Source of the DNA: Verrucomicrobia bacterium ADurb.Bin006
GTDB taxonomy: Bacteria; Verrucomicrobiota; Verrucomicrobiia; Limisphaerales; J093
Assembly: GCA_002071485.1 (NCBI GenBank)
Contig: MWFF01000132.1
Location: 21,911-85,910, forward strand
Reading direction: 5' to 3'
Length of the DNA stretch: 64,000 bases
Under the pieces are notes generated by a model, which was not told the DNA's origin, made no database searches, and saw only the letters and a list, made by a program, of their open reading frames with translations. Shown in pieces: positions 1 through 8,233 of this stretch (positions are counted from its first letter, which is position 1; each line of letters starts with the position of its first letter). The translations under genes and the position numbers were made by a program.

Positions 1-1
1 G

Positions 2-622
2 CCCGGCAATGTCTACGCCAGCGAAGGGATCGAGATGCTCGAAGTCCCGTCCGTGCTCGACCGCTCGATGGGCGGGGTGCATCCGGTCGGAAACCCGGCG
101 TTCATGACCGATCCAGTCAACGCCCGGATTGTCGCCGAGCGTCTGGCCAGGGTGTTCGGCCAGCTCGACTCGAAATCGAGCGCTCTGTTCAACGCAAACC
201 TGAAAAGCTTCTCCGACAAACTCGCTGGAAAGCTGATCGAGTGGCGGAATCGCCTGGCACCGTTCAAAGGCAGCCGGATCGTGGCGTATCATAACTCGTG
301 GCCCTACTTCGCCCGCCGGTTCGGACTTCAGGTCGATCTCTTCCTCGAGCCGAAGCCCGGACTGCCGCCCACGCCAACCCATTTGGCCCAGGTCATGGCC
401 AAAATGAAGGAGAGCGGCGCACGGGTCATCCTCGTGCAGCCCTATCTCAACCGGCACACAGCGGAGACTGTCGCCAGCCACACAGGGGCCGTGGTGGTCG
501 ACGCCGCCGGCTTCCCGGGCGGCGTCAAGGGGACGGAGGGCGACTACTGCAAGTTCATGGACCATCTGGTCAATTCCTTGGCCGATGCGTTGGGAGGCAA
601 GACACCGTCGACCCAGCAATGA
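2..622 (+). CDS. metal ABC transporter substrate-binding protein, ZnuA/TroA-like (5' end outside window)
   Basis: The frame is open from the window edge; ORF 35..622 is the in-window part. Motifs GGVHPVGNPAFMTDP, YHNSWPYFARRFGL and ESGARVILVQPY are typical of Zn/Mn/Fe cluster solute-binding proteins. The stop overlaps the next start (ATGA at 619-622). Confidence 0.8.
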   Translation, partial: PGNVYASEGIEMLEVPSVLDRSMGGVHPVGNPAFMTDPVNARIVAERLARVFGQLDSKSSALFNANLKSFSDKLAGKLIEWRNRLAPFKGSRIVAYHNSWPYFARRFGLQVDLFLEPKPGLPPTPTHLAQVMAKMKESGARVILVQPYLNRHTAETVASHTGAVVVDAAGFPGGVKGTEGDYCKFMDHLVNSLADALGGKTPSTQQ

Positions 623-1521
623 CGAGCATGGAACCAATCAACATTCTGGAAATGCTTGTCATTCTCAAGTGGCCGCTGATCGCGAGCCTCACGTTGCCCT
701 GGCTGCTGGTCTATCTGGGCCTGCACGTCGTGCAGCGCGAGATCATCTTCGTCGACCTCGCTCTGGCACAAGTGGCGGCCCTGGGCACATGCGTCTCGCT
801 CCTGATGGACTGCCATCTCCATTCCTGGCAAAGCTACGCCTGGTCGGCCGCCTTCACCGTGGTTGGCGCCGTGGTCTTCACGCTCACCCGCAGCCGGCAT
901 CCGCGTGTGCCTCAGGAGGCGCTGATTGGGATTGTCTATGTCGTGGCGGCCGCCGCCGGAATCCTGATCCTCATGCGGAGCACCGGCGGCAAAGAAGAGC
1001 TGCAACGTTCGCTCGTTGGGGAGTTGCTGGTTGTGCCCCCGCGCGAGGTTATCCAGACCATCGGCTTGTACCTGGGCATCGGGGCGGTGCATTACGTCTT
1101 TCGTCGGAAATTCCTCGCGATTTCCAAAGACCCCGACGCCGCAGTCCGCTCCGGGCTCTCCGTTCGAGGGTGGGATTTCCTCTTCTACGTGACCTTTGGC
1201 TTCGTGGTCACTAGCTTCGTGCATATCGGAGGGGTGCTGTTGACATTCTCGTACCTGATCGTGCCGGCCGTATGCGGCAATTACCTGGCCCACACGCTGC
1301 GCCGACGCCTGGCGATCGGCTGGACCGTCGCCACCCTCGCCAGCCTGGCAAGCCTCTGCCTGACGCCGGCCCTCGACCTGCCTGTCGGGGCCACGACCGT
1401 ATGCATGCTGGGGCTTCTGCTGGCAATCACGATGGCCCTGGCGCGACGGGTCCCGGCACCGCAAACGCGTCCGGCCGCCGCGGACACCCTGACCGTCGCC
1501 CGCAGCCAGAGCGACGCATGA
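619..1521 (+). CDS. metal (Zn/Mn/Fe) ABC transporter permease, ABC-3 family (ZnuB/TroC-like)
   Basis: Internal ATG at 619 of ORF 298..1521. From there the protein is MTSMEPINILEMLVILKWPLIASL..., with multiple hydrophobic helices and REIIFVDLALAQVAALG. The upstream part of the ORF is Arg/Gly-rich read-through of the SBP gene in another frame. Confidence 0.85.
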   Translation: MTSMEPINILEMLVILKWPLIASLTLPWLLVYLGLHVVQREIIFVDLALAQVAALGTCVSLLMDCHLHSWQSYAWSAAFTVVGAVVFTLTRSRHPRVPQEALIGIVYVVAAAAGILILMRSTGGKEELQRSLVGELLVVPPREVIQTIGLYLGIGAVHYVFRRKFLAISKDPDAAVRSGLSVRGWDFLFYVTFGFVVTSFVHIGGVLLTFSYLIVPAVCGNYLAHTLRRRLAIGWTVATLASLASLCLTPALDLPVGATTVCMLGLLLAITMALARRVPAPQTRPAAADTLTVARSQSDA

Positions 1522-1530
1522 GAAGAGACA

Positions 1531-1752
1531 ATGAATCAGAAACAATACTCGAAACTCGATGTGACTCTGGCCAGCGTGTGCCGCAGTTGTCCGGTCTGCC
1601 GCACCGCGCGCCGGCGCCGGACCGGCTTGGCGTATTGGCTGGTCAATCGAGTCGAAAGCTCTCTCTGCCCGTTCTGCCGGGCCTACGAACGTGTTTACGG
1701 GCGCAAGTCCCATGAAACGGGCGCCGCGCACCAACCGCAATCCGACACATGA
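1531..1752 (+). CDS. small Cys-rich protein (CxxCxxC ... CxxC), unknown function
   Basis: 73-aa ORF with CRSCPVCR and CPFCRAYERVYGRK, which look like zinc-ribbon Cys pairs. It starts 9 nt after the permease stop, and its stop overlaps the next start (ATGA at 1749-1752), arguing for translation. Confidence 0.5.
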   Translation: MNQKQYSKLDVTLASVCRSCPVCRTARRRRTGLAYWLVNRVESSLCPFCRAYERVYGRKSHETGAAHQPQSDT

Positions 1753-2996
1753 TAGACCGCTGCACACTCTGGTTGGCGACAGCGCTGACTCTGGTCTGCC
1801 AGGCCGGCAGTCTCGCCGCCGGCGGCAGCCGCGCCCAGGCGCTAAAGGCCCTGTGTGGTCGGCTCGAGATCGGGCCAGGCGCAGTGATTGCCGACGTCGG
1901 TTGCGGCGAGGGACTCGACGCCGCGGAGTTCGCTCGAGTCGTCGGCGAGAGCGGCACGGTGTTGGCCCAGGAGATCGAACCCGCCAAGCTCGCCACGGTC
2001 GTCCGGGTGGCCGCCAAACACGGCCTGCATCAGATCGTTCCGGTCTTGGGACAGAGCGACGATCCCCGATTGCCCGATGGTTTCGTCGACCTCATCTACC
2101 TGAACCGTGTGTTTCATCACTTGGCCCAGCCCCAGGCAATGCTCCGGCGCCTCCATCAGGATCTTAAGCCCGGCGGTCTTTTGGTCGTTGTCGACCAGCA
2201 TAGGGGGCCGTTGACCGATTGGGCGCCGACCGAGCGTCGCGAGGAGGAGCACCATTGGACCGGCGAGACAACTGTCGTCCGCCTGGCACGTGAGGCGGGC
2301 TTCCTCTTTCACGACGTGCTCGAGGACGTGTGGCACGAACCGCAACCGTTCGTGCTCGCATTCCGGAAACCGGCTGCCCCGCCGCCGGATGCCGGCGATC
2401 CGGATTTGCCGCCTCCGCTCGACGCGAAGGCCCTGGTCCGTGCACTGCCAATCCCACAGCAAGACGGTTGGGCCGCGATTTTCGTCGGCCTGGACCGGGG
2501 ACGGGCCGTGCTGCCCGCTCTGAAAGAGGGGCTGCCGCCATCCACCCGGCTGGCGGACGTGGTCTTGGACGAGTGGGCTCTGACGCTGGAGGAACTGCCA
2601 CCTGGCGCTCCACACCCCGGCACCGAGGTGCTGAGAAAAAACAACAACAGCCTGGCCTTGCCCCCCGACATGCGTCTGGGCCTGGTGCTCTTCGTCGACG
2701 CCTACCAATGGCTCTGGGAACCGGTGCCGCTGCTCCGGCAACTCAGGGAACGTATGCCGGACTCAGGGCTGCTCGCCATCGTGGAACGTCAGGGCCCGGA
2801 CGATGAGCCGCGGCGCTTGGCCGGGCACCACCGGCGGATCTCTTCACGGCGGGTCGCAGAGGAGATGCGCGAGGCTGGCTTTCAATTGCGGCAAACCCTG
2901 GCGCCGCCGACCGAGGACCGCTGTTTCCTTCTGTTTGAGCCGCGGACCTCACACGAGAGGCTGCAGCCGGAAGCCCCGAAGGAGTTGCGCCCATGA
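1749..2996 (+). CDS. class I SAM-dependent methyltransferase with a second degenerate MTase-like half
   Basis: Motif I VIADVGCGEGLD, then LIYLNRVFHHL and LKPGGLLVVVD (Methyltransf_11/25-like). The C-terminal half (LVLFVDAYQWLWEP...GLLAIVE) looks like a second degraded MTase fold. The N-terminus LWLATALTLVCQAGSLAAG is hydrophobic. Confidence 0.8.
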   Translation: MIDRCTLWLATALTLVCQAGSLAAGGSRAQALKALCGRLEIGPGAVIADVGCGEGLDAAEFARVVGESGTVLAQEIEPAKLATVVRVAAKHGLHQIVPVLGQSDDPRLPDGFVDLIYLNRVFHHLAQPQAMLRRLHQDLKPGGLLVVVDQHRGPLTDWAPTERREEEHHWTGETTVVRLAREAGFLFHDVLEDVWHEPQPFVLAFRKPAAPPPDAGDPDLPPPLDAKALVRALPIPQQDGWAAIFVGLDRGRAVLPALKEGLPPSTRLADVVLDEWALTLEELPPGAPHPGTEVLRKNNNSLALPPDMRLGLVLFVDAYQWLWEPVPLLRQLRERMPDSGLLAIVERQGPDDEPRRLAGHHRRISSRRVAEEMREAGFQLRQTLAPPTEDRCFLLFEPRTSHERLQPEAPKELRP

Positions 2997-3259
2997 AACC
3001 TTGTTCGAACGATAGGCAAAATCGCGCTCCCAAAGGACCGCAGCACTGGTATCGTCTGACCGGGCTCCCCGGCTGGAGGCGGGCGCAACTTGGGATGCCT
3101 GCTTTCGGCGATCCACACTGCGTGCCCCATCCTCGCCCCAATCTCCTGCGACGGTTCATGGATGCTCTGCGACGACGGTTTGCGAGGCACACACTCGAGT
3201 CTGCCGACCCGTCTGAATCATCCCCCCAAAATGGTGAATCCTCCAACAACAACACATGA
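2993..3259 (+). CDS. small DUF5320-related protein (lacks the N-terminal MPRGDGTGP motif)
   Basis: 88-aa ORF. GGAG lies 8 nt upstream of the ATG. ATGA overlaps occur at both ends (2993-2996 and 3256-3259). HWYRLTGLPGWRRAQLG resembles the central ATGLPGW motif I recall from DUF5320 proteins. Confidence 0.45.
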   Translation: MKPCSNDRQNRAPKGPQHWYRLTGLPGWRRAQLGMPAFGDPHCVPHPRPNLLRRFMDALRRRFARHTLESADPSESSPQNGESSNNNT

Positions 3260-3660
3260 AAATCGCTATCCCTCTCGTAGCCGGACGCTTGTCTGAGCAC
3301 TTCGGCCATTGCGAGCAATTCGCCCTCATCGAAACCGATCTGGAATCCAGACAAATGGTCAGTCAAACCCGCATGGTTCCACCGCCGCACGCGCCGGGAG
3401 TTTTGCCGCGGTGGCTCCATGAACAAGGGGCGAAGGTGATCATTGCCGGCGGCATGGGCCGGCGCGCCCTGGATTTGTTCATTCAGAACGGCATCGCCGT
3501 CCATACCGGCATCGCGGGCGCTTCGCCCGAAGAGTTGGCCCACGCATTCCTGACGGGCGCTCTGGGCGACACCACGCCGACCTGTGGACATCGGCGGGGC
3601 GATGAGCGCCATCGCCATCACGGATGCCACCACGACGCCGGATCGAGCCACGAACCATGA
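3256..3660 (+). CDS. NifB/NifX-family (dinitrogenase FeMo-cofactor-binding fold) protein with His-rich tail
   Basis: MKIAIPL...HFGHCEQFALIE...VIIAGGMGRRALDLF is typical of the NifX/NifB-like family. The C-terminal tail is CGHRRGDERHRHHGCHHD. Confidence 0.85.
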   Translation: MKIAIPLVAGRLSEHFGHCEQFALIETDLESRQMVSQTRMVPPPHAPGVLPRWLHEQGAKVIIAGGMGRRALDLFIQNGIAVHTGIAGASPEELAHAFLTGALGDTTPTCGHRRGDERHRHHGCHHDAGSSHEP

Positions 3661-4016
3661 AAATCGCCATCTCAACACAGGGACCCCAACCGAACTCGGC
3701 CCTCGAACCGCGTTTCGGGCGCGCGCGCTATTTTCGGATCGTCGACACTGAGACCGGGCAGCAGACCGTAGTGGACAATGAAAACGCGGCCGGCGCCGTC
3801 CAAGGCGCCGGCCCCAGGGCGGTCCAGATGCTGGCGCGCCTGGGCGTCCAAGCCGTTCTGACCGGCCATGTCGGTCCCAAGGCATGGACCGCGCTCGAAT
3901 CGAGCAAGATTCAGGCGTATGCGGTCGACGGCGGATCGATCGAGCAAAGCGTGCGCGCCCTGCTGGCCGGCCAACTTCGGGCCATGTCGTGCGCCGAAAC
4001 GGAAGGGCACGGATGA
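3657..4016 (+). CDS. NifB/NifX-family protein (second paralogue)
   Basis: Internal ATG at 3657 of ORF 3624..4016, overlapping the previous stop as ATGA. MKIAISTQG...RFGRARYFRIVD...VLTGHVGPKAW matches the same family. Confidence 0.85.
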   Translation: MKIAISTQGPQPNSALEPRFGRARYFRIVDTETGQQTVVDNENAAGAVQGAGPRAVQMLARLGVQAVLTGHVGPKAWTALESSKIQAYAVDGGSIEQSVRALLAGQLRAMSCAETEGHG

Positions 4017-4897
4017 TGAGAAGCGCGCTGGAATGCATTCCATGTTTTGTGTCGCAAGCCCTGAACGTTACGAGGCTGGCCAGCGCCGACCCGCAGGTGC
4101 ACGAGCGGATTCTGCGCGAGGTGCTCCGGCGCGCCAGCGAGGCGGACCTGGCCCAGGCGCCGGCGCGGTTCAGCGGAACCATTCATCAGTTGGTTCGCGA
4201 CTTGACGGGCCAGAGCGATCCGTACATCGCGATCAAACAGGAATCGAATCGGCTCGCGCTCGAATTGCTGTCGGCCTGGCGCGAGCGCCTGCGGATGGCG
4301 GCGAATCCGCGTCTCGCCGCGGTGAAACTCGCCATTGCGGCCAATGTCATTGACTACGGCATCAAAGGCGACCTGACGGCGGAGCAGATCCCGGACGCGC
4401 TCGAACGCTCATTCGCCGCCCCCTTGCATGGCGACATCGAGGCGTTCTTCACCGCCGCCCAACGCGCGCCCGATATCCTGTTTCTGGCCGACAACGCGGG
4501 GGAACTGGTCTTCGACCGGCTGCTCCTCGAACTCTTGCCACACGAGAAAATCACCGTTGTGGTCAAGGGCGGACCGGCCATCAACGACGCTCTGCGGGCG
4601 GACGCGACCGCGGCAGGCCTGGACGGGTGGGTCGCCGTCACCGACACCGGGTGTGCGGGCGCCGGCATCCTGATCGAGTCATGTTCACCCGATTTCCGGC
4701 AACGGTTCGCGCGCGCCAGCCTGATCATCGCCAAAGGTCAGGCTAACTTCGAGTCGCTCGACGGCTGCGCGCACGACATCTTCTTCCTCTTCAAAGTGAA
4801 GTGCCCCGTCGTGGCGCGCCACATCGGCCGCGCCGTCGGGAGCTTGGTCCTGCACCGGAACATTCCGGACGGAAACACCCACAACAAACAGAGTTGA
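4013..4897 (+). CDS. DUF89/ARMT1-like (damage-control phosphatase family) protein
   Basis: Internal ATG at 4013 of ORF 3884..4897, overlapping the previous stop. MMRSALECIPCFVSQAL..., DILFLADNAGELVFD and IIAKGQANFESL are DUF89 hallmarks. Confidence 0.8.
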   Translation: MMRSALECIPCFVSQALNVTRLASADPQVHERILREVLRRASEADLAQAPARFSGTIHQLVRDLTGQSDPYIAIKQESNRLALELLSAWRERLRMAANPRLAAVKLAIAANVIDYGIKGDLTAEQIPDALERSFAAPLHGDIEAFFTAAQRAPDILFLADNAGELVFDRLLLELLPHEKITVVVKGGPAINDALRADATAAGLDGWVAVTDTGCAGAGILIESCSPDFRQRFARASLIIAKGQANFESLDGCAHDIFFLFKVKCPVVARHIGRAVGSLVLHRNIPDGNTHNKQS

Positions 4898-4918
4898 GCC
4901 AAATCAAGGAGAATGTAT

Positions 4919-5326
4919 ATGCCCAAAGGAGATCAAACCGACCCCTTGCGTCAGGGGCTGAAAAGCGGCAGGGCAGTCGGGTCTTGTGTCGGAACGCAAA
5001 GCCCCGGTTATGCGAATGGCGAATCGGGGTGTGGATTTGGCCGCGGACGGGGTCGAGGTAAAGGCGGTCGAGGATGGCGGCATCAGTTCCGTGCCACCGG
5101 CAAGACCGGACGGGAACGAGCGCAACCGAAAGTGCCATCGGCTGGCAGCGTGGCCTTAACCGCGGCGAGTGAAAGCGAGTCGGCGAAATCGAACACCGAA
5201 GCTCAACAACTCCGGCAGCAACTCGAAGCACTTCAAGCTGAGCTGGTGAACCTCCAGCAACGCCTCCATCAGTTGGAGAACAAAGGGGACCAGCAGCCGG
5301 AGACCGTCGGCACCGATCGAGGCTGA
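4919..5326 (+). CDS. DUF5320 family protein
   Basis: MPKGDQTDP... N-terminus, a GRGRGRGKGGRGWR Gly/Arg region, and a C-terminal coiled coil (LRQQLEALQAELVNLQQRLHQLE). AGGAG at 4907-4911 is well spaced for the ATG at 4919 and too close for the ATG at 4913. Confidence 0.75.
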   Translation: MPKGDQTDPLRQGLKSGRAVGSCVGTQSPGYANGESGCGFGRGRGRGKGGRGWRHQFRATGKTGRERAQPKVPSAGSVALTAASESESAKSNTEAQQLRQQLEALQAELVNLQQRLHQLENKGDQQPETVGTDRG

Positions 5327-5331
5327 CGCGC

Positions 5332-6804
5332 ATGAGGCTCGCCATTGCCAGCGGCAAGGGCGGCACCGGCAAGACCACCGTGGCCGTCAACCTGGCCGTG
5401 ACACTCGCGCGCCATGGTGAGTCAGTGGCTTACGTGGATTGCGATGTCGAGGCGCCGAACGGCCACCTTTTTCTCAACCCGACGGCCCTTCTCGAGAGTC
5501 TCGTCGACAGACTCGTTCCTCGGATCGACCGCAAGCGGTGCACGCTCTGCGGCTCGTGCGCACGCATCTGCCGCTTCAACGCCATCCTCTGCCTCCCCGA
5601 TCGGGTCCTGGTCTACGATGAGTTGTGCCACAGTTGCGGCGGCTGCGCGTTGGTGTGTCCCACCCAGGCCATCGCCGAAGAGCCGCACGCTATAGGCCTG
5701 CTCCGGACCGGCGCCGCCCAGGCGGTACAGTTCGTGTCCGGCACCCTCAACGTGGGCGAATCGAGCAGTCCGCCTGTGATTCGGGCCGCCAAACAAGCTG
5801 TACCACCGGCGGAGTGGACGATCCTCGATGCCCCGCCCGGCACGGCGTGTCCCATGGTCGAGACCGTGCGGGATTGCGACTGCGTATTGCTGGTCACCGA
5901 ACCGACACCGTTTGGCTTGCACGACTTACGGCTGGCCGTGGAGGTGGCACGGGCATTGAAACTGGCCTGCGGGGTGGTGATTAACCGGGCAGACCCAGTC
6001 GCGACTGAAACACGGAAGTGGTGCGAACAAGAGCGATTGCCAATTCTGGCCGAGATTCCCGATTCGCTGGCCGTCGCCAAGGCGTATTCGCACGGTCAAT
6101 TGATCATCGATGCCGTGCCGGGAATGGAACAGACCTTTAATCAGTTGCGGGAACGGCTGCTGGCGGAACTGCACAATTCGAGCGCAATGCAGAGATACCG
6201 GAAATCCTGCGAAACGGAGTTCTGGCAAAATGTCTTTCGCGCTGAATCGGATTACCTGCTAGCCCATTTAACGGGCTGCCAAGACGTTTTAAGCGTGGGC
6301 TGCGGCCCGGCCAGCATTGAAGCCGCGCTGAACCGACACGGCTTCCGCGTCACCGGCTTGGACATGTCGCCCGAGGCGTTCGGGGGCGGGGTGGAAGGTG
6401 TCCGGACAGTCGTGGCACGTGCCCAAGACATGCCGTTTCCACCTGCGTCCTTTGACGCGGTGATCTTTGTGGCTTCACTTCAATTCATCGAAGATTGGCG
6501 AAAGGCCCTGGCGCAGGCCGCTCGGGTCTTGCGCGACGCCGGACGGCTTGTTGTCATGCTGCTCAATCCCGCATCGGGCTTCTTCAAGGAGAAACGGCGC
6601 GATCCGCATTCCTATGTTCGGAAGATGCGGCATTCTGACCTGAACGAAATCGAAGAGGCCGTCCGCAAACGGTTCGATGTCCAGACGGAGTATTGTCTTG
6701 GGATCAAAGGCACGACCCTGTTCGAGAGCCGGGAACCCGCCAGCGCGGCGTTGTACGTCATAAGGGGCGTCCGAAAGGAACCTGGCTCATGGAAGAAATC
6801 TTGA
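5332..6804 (+). CDS. MinD/ParA-superfamily P-loop ATPase with two 4Fe-4S ferredoxin motifs, fused to a C-terminal class I SAM methyltransferase
   Basis: Deviant Walker A GKGGTGKT. Two cluster motifs, CTLCGSCARICRFNAI and CHSCGGCALVCPTQAI. From about residue 290 onward: VLSVGCGPASIEAAL, FDAVIFVASLQFIED and LRDAGRLVVMLLNP (Methyltransf_11-like). Confidence 0.85.
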   Translation: MRLAIASGKGGTGKTTVAVNLAVTLARHGESVAYVDCDVEAPNGHLFLNPTALLESLVDRLVPRIDRKRCTLCGSCARICRFNAILCLPDRVLVYDELCHSCGGCALVCPTQAIAEEPHAIGLLRTGAAQAVQFVSGTLNVGESSSPPVIRAAKQAVPPAEWTILDAPPGTACPMVETVRDCDCVLLVTEPTPFGLHDLRLAVEVARALKLACGVVINRADPVATETRKWCEQERLPILAEIPDSLAVAKAYSHGQLIIDAVPGMEQTFNQLRERLLAELHNSSAMQRYRKSCETEFWQNVFRAESDYLLAHLTGCQDVLSVGCGPASIEAALNRHGFRVTGLDMSPEAFGGGVEGVRTVVARAQDMPFPPASFDAVIFVASLQFIEDWRKALAQAARVLRDAGRLVVMLLNPASGFFKEKRRDPHSYVRKMRHSDLNEIEEAVRKRFDVQTEYCLGIKGTTLFESREPASAALYVIRGVRKEPGSWKKS

Positions 6805-7694
6805 TTCTAAGCGGCAAAGGCGGCACCGGCAAAACTTCGGTGACCGCTTCGCTGGCGGCCTTGGCCGACCGGCCGGTGCTGGCCGATTGCGACGTGGATG
6901 CCTCCAGCCTTCCGTTGATTCTGAAGCCACGCCTGCGACGCCAGGAAACGTTCATTGGCGGGCTGCGCGCTCGAATCCAACCGGGCCATTGTGTCGCCTG
7001 CGGCAAGTGCAAGGAGTTGTGCCGATTCGACGCAATCTTCTTCGATGGACCGTCAAACGGCCAGGTGCCGCGCACGTTTCGTGTCGATCCGTCAGCCTGT
7101 GAGGGCTGCGGCGTCTGCGAGTATTTCTGCGCCGAGCGCGCCATCGAGCTGATTCCCGCCGAGAATGGACGGTGGTTTGTCTCGGACACCCGCTTCGGCC
7201 CGCTCATTCACGCTCGTCTGCGCCCAGGCCAGGGGAATTCGGGTAAGCTTGTCACGCTCGTTCGCAGGCAGGCGCGCCTTGTTGCCGAAGCGTCCGGCCG
7301 CCAGTTGATCCTGATTGACGGTCCGCCCGGTATCGGCTGCACGACGATCGCAGCCCTAACCGGCACGACCCGAATGCTGGTCGTCACAGAGCCAACGCCA
7401 TCCGGCGAGCACGATTTGGAACGGGTGCTTGAATTGGGCCGTCACTTCGGAGTCCACGCCTGGGTCTGCCTCAATAAACACGACCTGAACCCTGCGATGA
7501 CTGAGCGCATCGAACACAAGGCGGCTGCGCTTGGCGCGACGATCGCCGGTCGGATTCCCTATCACATCTCAGTGACTGTTGCCCAACGCCAGGGACGTCC
7601 GGTCGTGGAACTTGACGATAGCCCGGCGGCGGCGGCGATAGCGCGCCTATGGCAGCAGATTCGCACGAGCCTTCCCACCGGGAAGGTTTCCTGA
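6789..7694 (+). CDS. MinD/ParA-superfamily P-loop ATPase with two 4Fe-4S ferredoxin motifs
   Basis: Internal ATG at 6789 of ORF 6693..7694, overlapping the previous gene by 16 nt. MEEILILSGKGGTGKTS, CVACGKCKELCRFDAI and CEGCGVCEYFCAERAI. Confidence 0.85.
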   Translation: MEEILILSGKGGTGKTSVTASLAALADRPVLADCDVDASSLPLILKPRLRRQETFIGGLRARIQPGHCVACGKCKELCRFDAIFFDGPSNGQVPRTFRVDPSACEGCGVCEYFCAERAIELIPAENGRWFVSDTRFGPLIHARLRPGQGNSGKLVTLVRRQARLVAEASGRQLILIDGPPGIGCTTIAALTGTTRMLVVTEPTPSGEHDLERVLELGRHFGVHAWVCLNKHDLNPAMTERIEHKAAALGATIAGRIPYHISVTVAQRQGRPVVELDDSPAAAAIARLWQQIRTSLPTGKVS

Positions 7695-7782
7695 AATGCA
7701 TGGGCGGTGCACGGGAGAAACATCCGATGGACTGGGAACTTGGCTTGATCGGAGCGAGTTTCTAGGTTAAAGGATTTGAACG

Positions 7783-8169
7783 ATGAACGTAGCCATACTG
7801 GGCGCCAGCAACAAACCTGACCGTTACAGTTACAAGGCATTGCGCATGCTCCGCGAAAAAGGGCATACGCCCTTCCCGGTCCATCCGGCCCTGTCCATGG
7901 TGGACGGCATTCCTGTCTGGTCTTCGTTGCGCGCGATTCCAGAACCGATCGACACGGTGACGGTCTACTTGTCCGCCCGCAACCAGGAGGCGATCGCAAA
8001 CGATCTGCTCGACGGCGGGATGCGCCGGGTGATCTTCAATCCCGGCGCCGAGAATCCCGAGCTGGCTGAGCGGCTTCGCCAGCACGGAAAGGAAGTCCTC
8101 GAAGCCTGCACGCTGGTCTTGCTGAGCACCGGACAGTTCGCCAAGTCTGGACCCGAAACCGCCACGTAA
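7783..8169 (+). CDS. CoA-binding domain protein (YccU-like)
   Basis: MNVAILGASNKPDRYSYKALRMLREKGHTPFPVHP...IDTVTVYL is typical of the CoA_binding_2 family. Confidence 0.8.
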   Translation: MNVAILGASNKPDRYSYKALRMLREKGHTPFPVHPALSMVDGIPVWSSLRAIPEPIDTVTVYLSARNQEAIANDLLDGGMRRVIFNPGAENPELAERLRQHGKEVLEACTLVLLSTGQFAKSGPETAT

Positions 8170-8233
8170 TCCGCCTATTTCACGCTGTGTTACGACACGG
8201 AGCGGTCAGACTCCCAGCACAGTCCATCCCGAG

